Assembly (NCBI GenBank): GCA_043228905.1 | Contig: JBHGNT010000009.1 | Coordinates: forward strand, 11,532,001-11,596,000 | DNA from: Azolla caroliniana | Lineage: Eukaryota > Plantae > Polypodiophyta | DNA length: 64,000 bases | Reading direction: 5' to 3' | Shown: piece by piece, positions 1-13,050 of the stretch | Numbering within the stretch: position 1 is the first letter of the stretch | How the letters are laid out: every line of letters begins with the position of its first letter | The notes under the pieces: generated by a model | Seen by the model: only the letters and a program-made list of their open reading frames with translations | The model's database searches: none | Told to the model about the DNA's origin: nothing | Program-made: the position numbers and the translations under genes

Positions 1-1774
1 GTGCGAATGTGTACCTTACCTCAAGGTGCAACGAACTCGGTGGCTCATGTGGTGAATGCCATGAACAAGGTCTTGAAGGATTGCATCCCTGACATTAGAT
101 GCCATTCTTGGATGATATTTCGATAAAAGGATGTTCGGATGAGGAGAAAGATGGATCGAAAGATAAGGAAGGGTGTACAAAGTTCGTCGTGGATCATATG
201 AAAGATTACGAGAAGGTGCTTCAAAGGCTCGAAGATGCGAATTTGACATTTTCGGGAGAAAAATCCACATTCAGGCAACTGGAGATCTTAGTGGTAGGTC
301 ACTTCGCCATCCAAGGAGAACCTGATCTAGGACATGAAAGAAGAATGCGTAAACCAAACGGAGGTTCGAAGGTTCCTTGGAGCATGCGCGTTTTAGCATA
401 TCTGAATTCTGCACTACGCTCATGTCACCAAGCCATTATATGGACTACTAAAGAAAAGAATGAAGTTCGAATGGTGAGACGAGCACAAAAACGTGATGTG
501 AAGATTGAAGAGAGTACTTCTTGAAGCTCCAACACTAAGAAAGGCCGACTATACCAAAGGGAAGCCGATTTATGTGACTGTAGATACGAGCCCAACCGGA
601 ATTGGGTGGGTCATCAATCAAGAAGGAGAAGATAATGCGTGGTATGCCATCCAGTTCGGAGCAAAGGGTTCTCAGAAAACAACAACAAAGATATGCCCAA
701 GTCAAGCGGGAACTTTGGGGTATTGTGTCGGCAGTGAAGATGGACAAAGACTACCTGATCAGGTCAGAAGTAATAATTGAGACAGATTTTCTCCCAATCC
801 TCGGGATGATCTCAAGATGTGCAACACTAGATCTAGCTATGCTAAGGTGGATTGCCTATATCAAGTCTTTAAACCCAGAGATCCGCCATATTGTGGGGAA
901 GAATGCCATGGCTGACATGTTGTCGAGGGCAAGATTTGAGAATGAAAGTGACATGGTTTCGGAAGATTAAGACGTCACCCTTGACTTCTTCAAGATGACC
1001 CAACTATCGGCGGAAGACAAGGACACGCTAACCCTCCACGCCTTCAACGAGGATGAGTACGAAGGAGAGTGGTTACTGATCAACAGATTCTTAAGAACTA
1101 TGACGACGAATGCTTCATTGACGAAGGAGGAGGCCCTACGAATTCGGAAGAAAGCCTACCAATACTTCTTGAGGGGAGGACTCCTTTGGCGACACCCAAA
1201 AAGAAGGACAGGAATGCCACGTCGAGTGGTGGTAAAGAAAGCAGAGCAAGTGACACTGATGAGCGAATTCCATAAGAGTCCTTGGGCAGGTCATAGAGGA
1301 ACATGGGCAACATTCGAAAAGCTGAAGGAGAAGTATTGGTGGCCAAGCATGTACAAAGATGTATTCTATTTCGTGTCCACATGCGAAACTTGCCAAGTAC
1401 ATTCGAACATACGTCATCGTGATGAGTTACGACTGACATACCCGCTAACCATACACTTCAAATGGATGGTGGATCTGGTCTCGATGCCAATAGGAGTGGG
1501 ACAAATGAAGTACTTAGTACTGGCAAGAGAAGACCTAACGAATCAAGTGGAAGTACGAGCCTTGGCAAATAGGATGACATCAACTGTTTGCAAATTTCTA
1601 CTCAAAGAGGGTGTTTGCCGATACGGATGTGTGGGAAAGATAGTGGCTAATCAAGGGGAGTTGGATGCATGCGAAGCAACGGAGCTCTTCGATCGACTAG
1701 GCGTGAAGTTCTCCCTCACGCCTGCCTACAATCCAGAAGCGAGGGCATGGACCAATCGTCAAAGCCATCGTACG
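1..1774 (+). pseudogene. Degenerate pol (RT C-terminus, RNase H, integrase N-half) of element A'
   Basis: ORFs 99-524 (FLDD), 505-780, 602-970 and 995-1816 (zinc-finger H and CxxC, WMVDLV) lie in shifting frames with stops. Confidence 0.9.
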
Positions 1775-2461
1775 TGTTGGGATTTCGGTCCCTCCGGATG
1801 GGATGTCCGGAGATGAATGACGGCAAGCCCGGTTGCGGTTACGGAGCCGGATGATGAAGACCCTGGCTACGGAGCCGGATGATGAAGACCCTGGCTACGG
1901 AGCCGGATGATGAATACCCCGGCTACGGAGCCGGATGATGAAGACCCCAGTTACGGAGCCGGATGCTGAAGACCCCGGTAACGGAGCCGGATGACGAATG
2001 TACCCGGAGAGAGATCCGGATGCGGGGACATATTTGTTAATATGTTTTGCCAAGAGCCCTTGAGGCTATATTTGTAAATAGCCCGAAAGTCATATGTGTA
2101 TAAATATGACTTAGGGCAAACAGTTTAAAAGAGGTTGTTGCTCATTTTTATGTAAAGTGAGAGCAGCCGAGAGAGAGAGAGAGAGAGAGAGACGAAGAGG
2201 TCGTTGCCTCTGTGTATTACCGCCGCCTGTGGCGAAGACAGTGAGCTCAAGGTTGTTGCCTTGTAGCTTCACCAGTGTACATCCCTGTTCATAGTGATAG
2301 TTGGAGTTTGAGGACTCCCGTGGTTTTTTTTTCCCATTTAGGGTTTTCCACGTAAAATATCCAGTGTACCTTTCTCTCTATTGTCCTCGTGCACTTTCTA
2401 GTTCCCGATTTCTGTGAGTTGATCCTATTCCTCGGTTGTGGCCGAGCACTGGCTTTCAACA
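1775..2461 (+). repeat. Copia-1 5' LTR (687 bp)
   Basis: Direct repeat of 6576-7261 with about 5 substitutions and one 1-bp indel. Contains a 27-bp tandem array, a TATA-like tataaata and (GA)n. Confidence 0.97.
1837..1998 (+). repeat. About 6 x 27-bp tandem repeat (ggctacggagccggatgatgaagaccc) in Copia-1 U3
   Basis: Read directly; also present in the 3' LTR at about 6638-6799. Confidence 0.9.
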
Positions 2462-2464
2462 AAT

Positions 2465-2476
2465 TGGTATCAGAGC
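2465..2476 (+). promoter_or_regulatory. Primer binding site, tRNA-iMet
   Basis: TGGTATCAGAGC 3 nt after the LTR end; canonical plant iMet PBS. Confidence 0.95.
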
Positions 2477-2492
2477 GACGGTAACACAGAAA

Positions 2493-5400
2493 ATGGAAGG
2501 CGGCGGTAGTGGGCCTCCGGGCATGATGGTGTTGAACTCACAGAACTACGCCGACTGGAAGATAAAGATGGAAGACCTTCTCATCATCCGAGACCTGTAC
2601 GAACCGATCGACAATGCCGAGATACCCAAGGGAGTAATAGAGTCGGAGTGGAAGCTCCTGAACCGGAAAGCCGTAGCGACGATTCGGCAATATGTCGATG
2701 TAAGCGTCCTACAACATGTGGCGAACGACACCAACGCATATGAGATGTGGAAGAAGTTGTCGGGCCTCTACAAGAGGAAGAATGCGTTGAACCGGACCTC
2801 CCTGATGAGGAAGATAGTGAACCTCAAGTACCGGGACGGCGAGAATATGGTGGAACACGTGAGCACGTTCATGGGGTTCGTGAACCAGCTTGCGGCGATC
2901 AAGTTCCCGTTGGAGGATGCAATGCAAGCCATCATTCTGATGTGTACATTGCCGGAAAGCTGGGAGAACTTGGTGGTGACTCTCAGCACCTCCTGCACCG
3001 AAGATAACTTGTCTCTACAAACGGTAAAGACAAGCATTTTGAACGAAGAAGCGCGTCGGAGAGATAAAGAACCGGTTTCCGATCCGAAGATGCTGCTTAC
3101 CGAATCGGATCGGGGAAGACAATGGAACCGGAGTCCGCAAAGACGGGAGAAGTCGGGGACCCGGTCGCAGTCAAGAGGAAGGCCCACATGCTTCCACTGT
3201 GGGAAGCCGGGGCACTTCCGGAAGAATTGTCGGCATTACCGAAAGGACAACGGAGCCGACGACACCGATTCGAAGAAGTCACCGGAGAGAAACGGTGCAT
3301 ACCGGGGAGCCACAGACCGGAGAGGTCCGGATCGGCGAGGGCAGGACAGGAAAGGAACGACGGCACTCGTGGCAAGTGAGGAAGAAATCATGCTCATCAC
3401 CGAAGAAGGTGAACTAAACATTGCCGGCGATGAGACGACCTGGGTGGTCGATTCCGGAGCGTCGTTCCACCTGACCCCGGAAAGAAGATACTTCTCATCC
3501 TACACAGCCGGTGAGCATGGCTGTGTTCGGATGGGAAATGAAGGTACGTGCCGGATTGCCGGCATAGGAGACGTGTGGTTGACAACCCCGACCGGATGCA
3601 AAATGCTGCTGAAGGATGTCCGACACGTTCCGGAGGTTTGATTGAACCTGATTTCGGCCGGGAGGCTAGACGATGAAGGCTACACAGGTAGCATCCGGAA
3701 CGGCGTAATGAAGTTCAGCAAGGGGAGCCTGATAGTGGCTCGGGCCCGGAAAGTCAACACACTGTACCTTATGAATGCCTGGTTGTGTCCGGAAGAGTTG
3801 AATGTGGCAGCCGACACTGCCGGTGAGCTGTGGCACAAAAGACTGTGCCACATGAGTGAGAAGGGGATGAAGAGGCTTGCAGAAGACAACCTTATTCCAG
3901 TGAAGCATGTGCATCTGGAGAAGTGCACCGATTGCCTGGCCGGTAAGCAGAACCGAGCCTCCTTCCACTCAAGGCCACCGACGAGACGTAGCGCACCATT
4001 GGAGTTGGTGCACACTGACGTGTGTCAAGTAGAAATGAAGTCACATGGCGGAGCCCAGTACTTCGTAACATTCATAGATGACCATAGCCGGAAGCTGTGG
4101 ACGGCACCGTTGAAGACAAAGGACCAAGTATTGTCCGTCTTCAAAGAACTCCACGCGAGAGTGGAAAGGGAATCCGGCAAGAAGCTGAAAGCGATACGAG
4201 CGGATAATGGAGGGGAATACTGGGGGCAGTTCCAGGAGTACTGTCGCTCGAAGGGAATCCGGCTCGAGTTTACTGTGCCGAAGACGCCGGAACTGAACGG
4301 GCTGGCCGAGAGGATGAACCGGACCATAATGGAGAGGGTCCGGAGTATGTTGGCGCATGCGAAATTACCCAAGGGATTTTGGGCTGAGGCAATGTCGACG
4401 GCGACGTATGTGATAAATAGATCACCCTCAGTACCTTTGGACGGAGACACGCCGCAGAAAGTGTGGACCGGTAAGGAAGTGTCCTACCGGCATCTGAAGG
4501 TGTTCGGGTGTCTCGCATACGTGCATGTGGCAAAGGACCGGAGGGGAAAGCTAGATCCAAAGACCCGGCCATGCATATTCCTCGGTTACGGCGACGACGA
4601 GTTCGGCTACCGAGTATGGGACCCGGTCGACAAGAAGATATTCAGGAGTCGAGATATCATCTTCATGGAGGACAAGACACTCGCCGACTGGGAGTCGGAG
4701 AAGAAGATGAAGAGCTCCAAGTCGACCGGTGAGAATCAACTCTACGAAGAGCAGTCCCGACCGGCAAGGGACCGGTTAGCACTCGAGGATCCGGCCGAAG
4801 ATGGTGAAGAAACAGAACCGGCCGAGGAAGATGAAACTGATACCGGAACCGGCCCTGATCCCGAAATGGATTCGGATGAAGAGGAAACGGAGCAGCCGGT
4901 TACTGAAGCTTCGGAACGGAGATACCCTCTAAGAGAGAGAAGGGCCCCCCGGAGATTTCCGGAACCAGAGCACGTGCTGCTAACCGACGAGGGGGAGCCG
5001 GAGAGTTTTGAAGAAGCAAAGCTTGACACCCATAGCCGCAGGTGGTTAAGTGCCATGCAGGAGGAGATGGATTCCCTGCATGAGAACCACACATATGAAC
5101 TTGTGGAGTTGCCGAAAGGAAAGCGGGCACTTCGAAACAAGTGGGTGTTCAAGCTGAAACCGGGAGATGCCGAAAACCCCCCGAGATACAAAGCCAGGAT
5201 CGTGGTGAAGGGGTTCCAGCAGAAGAAGGGCATCGACTTCGACGAGATATTTGCCCCAGTAGTGAAGATGACCTCCATCCGGACGGTGCTGAGCATAGCG
5301 GCAAGCATGGACCTCGAGGTAGAACAGATGGACGTGAAGACGGCATTCCTTCACGGTGACCTCGAAGAAGAGATCTACATGCAGCAACCGGAAGGATTCG

Positions 5401-6565
5401 AGAAGAAAGGGAAGGAGCACCTGGTATGCCGGTTGAAGAAGAGCCTTTACGGACTGAAGCAGGCTCCCCGGCAATGGTACCGGAAGTTCGACTCCTTCAT
5501 GACCGACGAAGGGTACCACAAAACGCAGTCCGATCACTGCGTGTTTGTGAAGAAGTTCGAAGGAGGAGACTCTCTAATACTCCTCCTGTACGTGGACGAC
5601 ATTTGATCGTCGGATGGGACCAGGTCAAGATACGGATGCTGAAGAAAGCTCTTCACCGAACCTTCTCAATGAAGGACCTGGGTCCGGCGAGGCAAATACT
5701 AGGGATGCACATCATCCGAGACCGGAAGAAGAAGCAGTTGTGGCTATCACAGGAGAAGTACGTAGCAAAGGTGCTTCACCGGTTCAACATGTCGGAAGCA
5801 AGACCGGTCGGATCAACTCTCCCGGCAAACTGCAAGTTGTCCAGCAAGCAAAGCCCCAAGACAAAGGCTGAGAAAGAGGACATGATGAAAGTACCATATG
5901 CCTCTGCCATCGGAAGCTTGATGTACGCAATGGTGTGTACAAGACCGGACATAGGATACGCAGTCGGAGTGGTGAGCCGGTACATGAGCAATCCCGGCAA
6001 GGAGCACTGGAACGCGGTCAAGTGGATACTCCGATACCTGAAGGGCACGGCAAACGTGTGCCTCCGATTTGGCTCCGGTAAGCCCTAACTCGACGGCTTT
6101 ACCGATTCGGATATGTCGGCTGATGCAGATACCAGCCGGTCCACATCAGGGTATGTGATGACGTATGCAGGGGGAGCTGTTTCGTGGCAGTCGAGGCTGC
6201 AGAAGACGGTTGCGTTGTCAACCACGGAGGCGGAGTACATGGCGGCTGTTGAAGCCGGCAAGGAAATGATATGGATGAAGGACTTCATTAGAGAGCTCGG
6301 TATCCGGCAGGAGGAGTACCGACTCTACTGCGACAGTCAGAGTGCCATCCACCTTGCGAAGAACGCGGCCTATCACTCCCGGACGAAGCACATCCAGCGA
6401 AGATATCACTGGATCCGGGAAAGGATAGAAGACCAGGAGTTCGTGCTGACGAAGATCCACACGGACGAGAACGGCTCAGATATGCTGACCAAAGTGCTCA
6501 CACCCGACAAGCTGGAAGCATGCCGGAAGAGGATCGGATTGGAGAGACATCCCATGCCGAAGTGA
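2493..6565 (+). pseudogene. Copia gag-pol polyprotein, disrupted
   Basis: CFHCGKPGHFRKNC knuckle, WVVDSGAS protease, integrase core, LYVDD RT, RTKHI RNase H. Relative to Copia-2 there are stops at 3639-3641 and 6086-6088 and a 1-bp deletion near 5603. Confidence 0.95.
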
Positions 6566-6575
6566 AGGGGGAGTT

Positions 6576-7261
6576 TGTTGGGATTTCGGTCCCTCCGGAT
6601 GGGATGTCCGGAGATGAATGACGGCAAGCCCGGTTGCGGTTACGGAGCCGGATGATGAAGACCCTGGCTACGGAGTCGGATGATGAAGACCCTGGCTACG
6701 GAGCCGGATGATGAATACCCCGGCTACGGAGCCGGATGATGAAGACCCCGGTTACGGAGCCGGATGCTGAAGACCCCGGTAACGGAGCCGGATGACGAAT
6801 GTACCCGGAGAGAGATCCGGATGCGGGGACATATTTGTGAATATGTTTTGCCAAGAGCCCTTGAGGCTATATTTGTAAATAGCCCGAAAGTCATATGTGT
6901 ATAAATATGACTTAGGGCAAACAGTTTAAAAGAGGTTGTTGCTCATTTTTATGTAAAGTGAGAGCAGCCGAGAGAGAGAGAGAGAGAGAGAGACGAAGAG
7001 GTCGTTGCCTCTGTGTATTACCGCCGCCTATGGCGAAGACAGTGAGCTCAAGGTTGTTGCCTTGTAGCTTCACCAGTGTACATCCCTGTTCATAGTGATA
7101 GTTGGAGTTTGAGGACTCCCGTGGTTTTTTTTCCCATTTAGGGTTTTCCACGTAAAATATCCAGTGTACCTTTCTCTCTATTGTCCTCGTGCACTTTCTA
7201 GTTCCCGATTTCTGTGAGTTGATCCTATTCCTCGGTTGTGGCCGAGCATTGGCTTTCAACA
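6576..7261 (+). repeat. Copia-1 3' LTR (686 bp) preceded by PPT aagggggag
   Basis: Matches the 5' LTR; PPT at 6565-6573. Confidence 0.97.
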
Positions 7262-7850
7262 GTACGAGCATGCAACGGTCGAGTCGGGAATTGGCCACGA
7301 CTATTGCCCTATGCCTTGTGGGTATATGCCAACAGAGCTTATGTATGGACAAAAGCCGATAATGCCCATCGAAAGGACGATCGCCTCATGGGTAGCGATA
7401 CCATGGGAGAACGAGATGAGCCAAGAAGAGTTATTACCGCCACAGATAAGGCAACTTGAAAGAATACTTGAAGATCTAGAAAAAGCGCGAAAGATGAAGG
7501 AGGCAGCCCGAGTGAAGAACAAAATTCGGTTCAACAAGACTCATCGACTGCGTCCCAAGAAGATCGAAAAAGCAGATTGGGTATTGGTCTACGACAACAG
7601 CCTTGACAACCAACACAGTACAACAAGAAAGTTCGCAAGAAGATGGTTCGAACCGTATGTTGTGACAAGTGCCAACGATAATGCCACATACCACCTTGCA
7701 GAGCTAGACGGATCAAGGTTGGCCGGACCCATTGCGGGGAAAAGAGTAAAGATTTTCAAGAAAAGACAAGACAAGGATCGTGACCTCGATCACCTAAATG
7801 ATGAAGATAATAGGACGGATGTGAATAAGGATGTGGAAGAATCTGATTGA
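7262..7850 (+). pseudogene. Integrase C-terminal part of element A'
   Basis: MPTELMYGQKPIMP...DWVLVYDNSLDNQH...KFARRWFEPY, homologous to B1/B2. Confidence 0.9.
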
Positions 7851-7922
7851 TCACCGTAGTCTAAATCTCACACTCTCTCTTCTTGGCACGTATTGCAGGA
7901 AGTGCGGTTTGGTGGGGGTGGA

Positions 7923-9087
7923 GGTCGTGAAGATTTTCGGCGTTAGTGTCAAATTTGTGAGGAACATAAGAAATCGAGTGTGGTTCTTCTCACGAAATAT
8001 AAAACAATAATAGTGAAGATACTATTTTAAATAAGTTTAATATCTTGGTACAAAAAGGTGGAGGTCTTGAAGAGCTTTTGAATGCACTTTGCTACGTAAC
8101 AAATGGTCAACTAAGTGTAAAGTTATGTGGGTATGAAGTTGCAAAAAGAAAAGAAAAGAAAAGAAAAACAAACTTGTGAGATGTCCCACATAGATAGGAC
8201 AAACAAGGATCCTACAATATATAAAGCAAAGCCAAAAGTTTTTATTTTGTGTTTATGTGTGGAGCATAGAGAGTTCAAGGTGACTTGAACTAAGTTAATC
8301 AAATGAATGGGTGTGGCCTAGCTACTTGCAAAGGTTTTGGCCAACCAAAACCGGCCGGTGACGGAACCCGCTCAGGATGCCCACCGAACCGTATCGGGAT
8401 GCGGCGACTGGTCGATGACAGAACCGGCTAGGGATGCAGACCAAACAGGTGCAAATCGGACGGATCGGTTGATCGCCTTGGATAGTGTCTTAAAGATATT
8501 TGGTGTAATTTGAAGGCCAAAAGCCTAATAGTATTTTGTGCTTTAAAAAGGGATGTATGCAAGACTTGAACATCACACCTCCAAGATAGGAGGCAATAGA
8601 CTTACCAGTAGGCTATATCATTTCCTTAGAAATGGTTTTCCTATCATTATAGTTTTACATGTAAATTCTCATATTAGAGCTTGATTGAGTGACATGTGAT
8701 GCATGAGCGCCAAATGGCAAACATGCATCACATGCATTCATGCATTGTATGCATGTCTTGTACCCTCACATGCATCATATGCATGGGAGCATCTATAAAA
8801 GGGTAGATGAAAAAGATCAAAGCGAGCGATGTATTAATCAAGGAATTAAAAAATAAGAAATTCGTTATCCAAATGATGTATCAATCTTGTTCTTCAAATC
8901 TAAAGTCAAGAGTTCAATCTTAATCTCTCTCAATCTAAAGTCGAGTGTTCTATCTTATCTCAATCTCTCTGATTCAATCTATCTTAATTCCTTTCTCGCT
9001 AAAGCTAGTGCAAACTTCGAGTCCTTCCGGTCCAGAACCCCGACGGTTCCACCTCATGATCCACACATAGTAACGATCTTCACGACA
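7923..9087 (+). repeat. 3' LTR of element A' (about 1.16 kb)
   Basis: Starts (g)gtcgtgaaga after the PPT. Its 3' end carries the lineage U5 motif (gtccagaaccccgacggttcc...ccacaca) and ends cgaca, followed by ACGT. Confidence 0.7.
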
Positions 9088-9156
9088 ACGTGTGGTGGCG
9101 ATGTGGCGATATAACAGCCAAACCATGTCCCCGACTGCAAACGTCGGTGCAGTCAA
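9088..9156 (-). pseudogene. Chromovirus-type integrase fragment
   Basis: FAVGDMVWLLYRHIATTR resembles FKVGDMVWLLRRHILTT near 14050. Confidence 0.6.
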
Positions 9157-9160
9157 GCGA

Positions 9161-12100
9161 TGTCAGTCCACTTGATCTTTATACTTGTGGGTACAAGTTC
9201 TATGTGCGGAAACGTGTATGGATTTGTAGTCAACACTGACATACAGAAAATAGAATAGGCGTGGAGACTTACACAGATGGAGCTCTTTAATGGAAAGCGT
9301 CTTATTACTTCGTTCTTTTTCAGAGATACAATACTCTGCTCGTCATCACTCACAACAATGTTAGGTATTCGCTTATATACTAAGCCCTAACATATTAACG
9401 AGTTGACACTCGAACGGATACAATTTGGAAGGAGTCGGCCTTTTATGCCAACAAACTCCCCTGTAAAAAGACTACTCTTTCTTGTATGTACAAGTGCTTG
9501 GGGTTATCTCCCCTTTAAACCTAGATTACAAATTTAACTAGATCTTATGTTACAAGTCTGTCGGCAAGTAGCCGAGTCGGTAGAGGTATAGTATGAGTGT
9601 CGGTCAATTCTTACCTTCTGCTCCTCGTTCAACTTTCTTCTACTCGGTCACTTGCCGTAGCCCCATCTTCATCCTTAACATTCCGAAGTGTTGATCTGGG
9701 AGTGGCTTCGTCAGGCAATTGACAATGTTCACCTTGGTGTCGATCTTCCAGACTTCGAGTTTCTTCTCGGTCACGAGCTCCCGGATATGACGATACCGCA
9801 CCTCAATGTGCTTCGTCTTTGCATGGTAGACAGGATTGTTGATGAGGTGTATTGCACTCTATGAGTTGCAATAGATAGTCAGCGCTGGTCAGTCTATTCA
9901 GTTTGCAGTTTTGAAGTCTGTAGTCAGTCGGTGCATCCAGATCGCTTCCTTTGCTACTATATACTCGGCTTCTATGGTAGACAATGTCGTGCACTCTTGA
10001 AGTTTCGACCTCCATGATATCGCACCACCACCATAGGTGAAGATGTAGCCTGATGTCGATTTCCGATTGTCCGTGTTCTCGGCATAGTTGAAGTCGGTGA
10101 AGCCTTCGATTTCGGCTAAGATTGTCAATCTGAAAGTCAGTTGTGCATCCATGGTTCCTTTTAGATACCTTAGGATGTTCTTGACGGCCTCCCAATGCTT
10201 CCATCCTGGGTTTGACATGTACCAATTGACCACCCCTATGGCATAGGCTACATCGGGTTGGGTCGCCACCATTGCGTACATGATACTTCCTACTACCAAT
10301 GCATAGGGTATCTTTCCATTAACCTCTCTCTCCTTGTCCATTGCAGGAGAGTCTCTATCTGATAGTCTGATCGACGTCGGAAGCAGTGTCGGTGTTGGCT
10401 TCGCGTTCTCTATGTTGAAGCACTTCAGCACCTTGCGAATGTATTCGGACTGGGAGAGTTGGAGAGTTTTGGTCGTCCGATTTTGCTCTATCCTCATGCC
10501 CAATATGTATTGGGCTTGTCTGAGTTCCTTCATCGCAAACTTTGCGTGAAGGCTCCGCTTCAGCTTACCGATCTCTGCTTGATTGCTCCCTGCAATCAAC
10601 ATGTCATCGATGTATAGGATCAGATAGATCCTTGACTCGTCGGCCAGTTGCCGAACATACATGCATGGGTCGGAGTCTGATCTGTTGTATCCAAGCTGCC
10701 ATATGTAGGACTCAAACTTCTGGTACCACATTCTCGGCGCTTGTTTTAGGCCATATAGACTTTTCTTTAGTCGACATACGAGGTGATTGTCCTCCCCCGT
10801 CTCCGTGAAGCCTGCCGGTTGAGACATGTATATGTCTTCTTCCAGATCTGCGTGTAGGAATATTGTCTTTACGTCCATCTACTCGAGCTCTAGATCTTCT
10901 GTCGCCACGATTCCTAGTAGGAGTCGAAGGGTGGTCATCCGTATTCTTGTTTGAATCCTTTCGCGACAAGTCGAGCTTTGTACTTGGGTTTCTCTGAGTC
11001 GGATACATACTTGTATCAGAACACCCATTTGCAAGGTAGCGGCTTTCTTCCTACTAGTAATTCGACCAGCTCCCATGTTTGATTTTGATGAATCGAGTCC
11101 ATTTCGGATTTCATGGCCTGCAGCCATGTTTCGGCGTCCGGTACGGCCATAGATTCGTCATACATGCGTGGTTCGCCAACATCTGTGTAGGGGACATAGT
11201 CGAGGCCCAGTTGATAAACCTCTATTTGCCTTCGAGCTCGTCCAGATCACTTGGTTGTCGTAATATCTGGTTCGGATTCTTCGATCGGTTCAGATTGACA
11301 ATCGGTATTTGTTCAACCAGTTGTGTCAGGAGCTTTGTTAGGTGTCCCGCCCTCGGTTTGGGATTTCGGCGGTGTCTGGTTGTTCTCCCCTGTGGTTGTT
11401 GTCGACTTGGTTCTGACGGGCATCTTATCGACTCTACCTTTGTTGACTCTTGTCGATTCAGCGGTGTCTTTGATTGCTTGGTCTTTGAGTTTGACGTTAG
11501 GACTTGTTGCCGATTCAGTGTCGGCAGGGAAGTTGGTAGTTTGTTGGAGTTCGACTATTTGTCGAGTCTCCGATTCGGCCCATTGGGTCGGTCCTTCTAC
11601 GACAGTGTTGTCATCTTTGAAGGATACCTTCTTACCAATTGTTTTCTGTTGGTTCCGTTGAGAGAAGGTAGAGCCTTCATTGAAGACTACGTCGTTGCTC
11701 CGGATCAATTTCCGGTTCTCAGGTTCCCATAGCCGGTAGCCAAAGTCCCCATCGGTTCCATAACCGAGAAATATGCACTTTGTTGCATGGGGTGCCAACT
11801 TCGTCCTTTTGTCCCTAGGGATGAACGTGTAGGCTTTGCATCCGAATATATGGAGCCTATTGTAGGTCGGTTGTTTGCCTTACCATAATGCATGTGGCAC
11901 TTCAAGCCTGACTGCTCTTAACGACGCTAGATTTATTAGGTACACTGCCGTTTGCAATGCCTCGGCCCAGAATTCCAGCTTCAGTCCGGCTTGCTGGAGC
12001 ATTGTCGTCACCCTCTCCTGGATCGTTTAGTTGATCCGTTCAGCCACCCCATTCTCCATGGGTGTGTAAGGAACGGTCTTTTGATGTCGGATCCCTTTTT

Positions 12101-13050
12101 CGGACAGGTACTGTTTGAAGGCTCTAGAGCTGTACTCACCTCCGTTGTCGGATCGGAGTGTCTTCACTCTATGTCCCGACTGGTTCTCCACTTCAGATAT
12201 CCATCGAGTGAAGAACTCAAGTGCTTCATCTTTGGACTTCATGGAGTATGCCCAAACTTTCCGTGTACAGTCATCTACGAATGTGATGAAGTACCAAGAG
12301 CCTCCTAGTGATCGCTCTAGCATGGGCCCACATATGTCGGTGTTCACGAGCTCTAGGGGTTGTCGTACCGTCTCGTAGTGGAGAGAGTGCAGACTTCGGG
12401 TCTGTTTCCCATATCGACAATGCTCGCAAAAGTCCATCTTTGTCTGGAGTTTCGGGATGTAGCCGACCGACATCAGCCGATCAAGTCCAGCTTGAGACAT
12501 GTGGCCAAGTCGGCCATGCCATAAGTTCGGGTCGGTTTTCTCGGCTACGTTCATAGCCCCTTCAAGGTTGGTCGCCATCAATGGGTATAGATTATTATAC
12601 TTATGCCCACTACTGATTTTGAGGTTCCCTCGGCTGATCACGCATGTCGACTCGTGTAGAGTCATTCGATACCCATCTTCGGCTAGCATGCTGATGGAGA
12701 CTAGACTCCTCTTTAGATCGGGTACGTGCCGAACTCGGTGCAGAGTTATTGTGTTGTCATTTGGCAATCTGATGGGAACCTCCCCAGTTCCGGCTATCTT
12801 ACACTCCTGCCCGTTTCCCAATCGGACTGTGCCGCTGGCCGCGGCTGAATAGTTCGAGAACCATTCAATGTTGGGGGTCACGTGAAATGTGGCACTAGCG
12901 TCTAGTAGCCACGTGTGTGCAACTTGTGCACTATAGAGGACTTCTCCGATCATCGAATCCTATAGGGAGAGGATTTCTCCGGATTGGGTGTCTGCAACAT
13001 TGATCTGGTTGCCGACTGGAGAGAGGTCCGAGTCGGAACGTCCCCAATTC
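9161..13050 (-). mobile_element. Older truncated Ty1/copia element (Copia-3): 3' LTR 9161-9453, degenerate pol, no 5' LTR
   Basis: Protease (WLLDASATFH), GAG-pre-integrase, integrase, RT (LYIDDMLI) and RNase H fragments in ORFs 12027-12953, 11313-11798 and 9898-10878. PPT aggggag precedes tgttggc at 9453. The 5' boundary is approximate. Confidence 0.85.

Larger units (their letters stand above)
1775..7261 (+). mobile_element. Copia-1, full-length Ty1/copia LTR retrotransposon
   Basis: TG...CA LTRs at 1775-2461 and 6576-7261; 5-bp TSD GTACG (1770-1774 / 7262-7266); gag-PR-INT-RT-RH order. Confidence 0.97.
1..9087 (+). mobile_element. Ty3/gypsy element A' (same lineage as B1/B2), 5' part outside window, interrupted by Copia-1
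   Basis: RT/RNaseH/integrase fragments match B1/B2 pol (SVAHVVNAMNKVL, TVDTSPTGIGW, GHRGTWATFEK). Integrase resumes at 7262. PPT ggtgggggtgga at 7911-7922 is followed by an LTR ending ...cacgaca at 9087. Confidence 0.85.

Noticed and set aside
1837-1998. CRISPR-like appearance of the 27-bp repeats
   Set aside because: Head-to-tail units without unique spacers, inside both LTRs, and no cas genes.
3639-3641. Programmed readthrough stop in Copia-1
   Set aside because: Copia-2 has CGA here, so this is simple C-to-T decay.
7923-9087. DNA transposon with about 11-bp TIRs (gtcgtgaagat...atcttcacgac)
   Set aside because: It follows a PPT, ends in the lineage U5 motif and has no flanking TSD of its own, so it is a 3' LTR.
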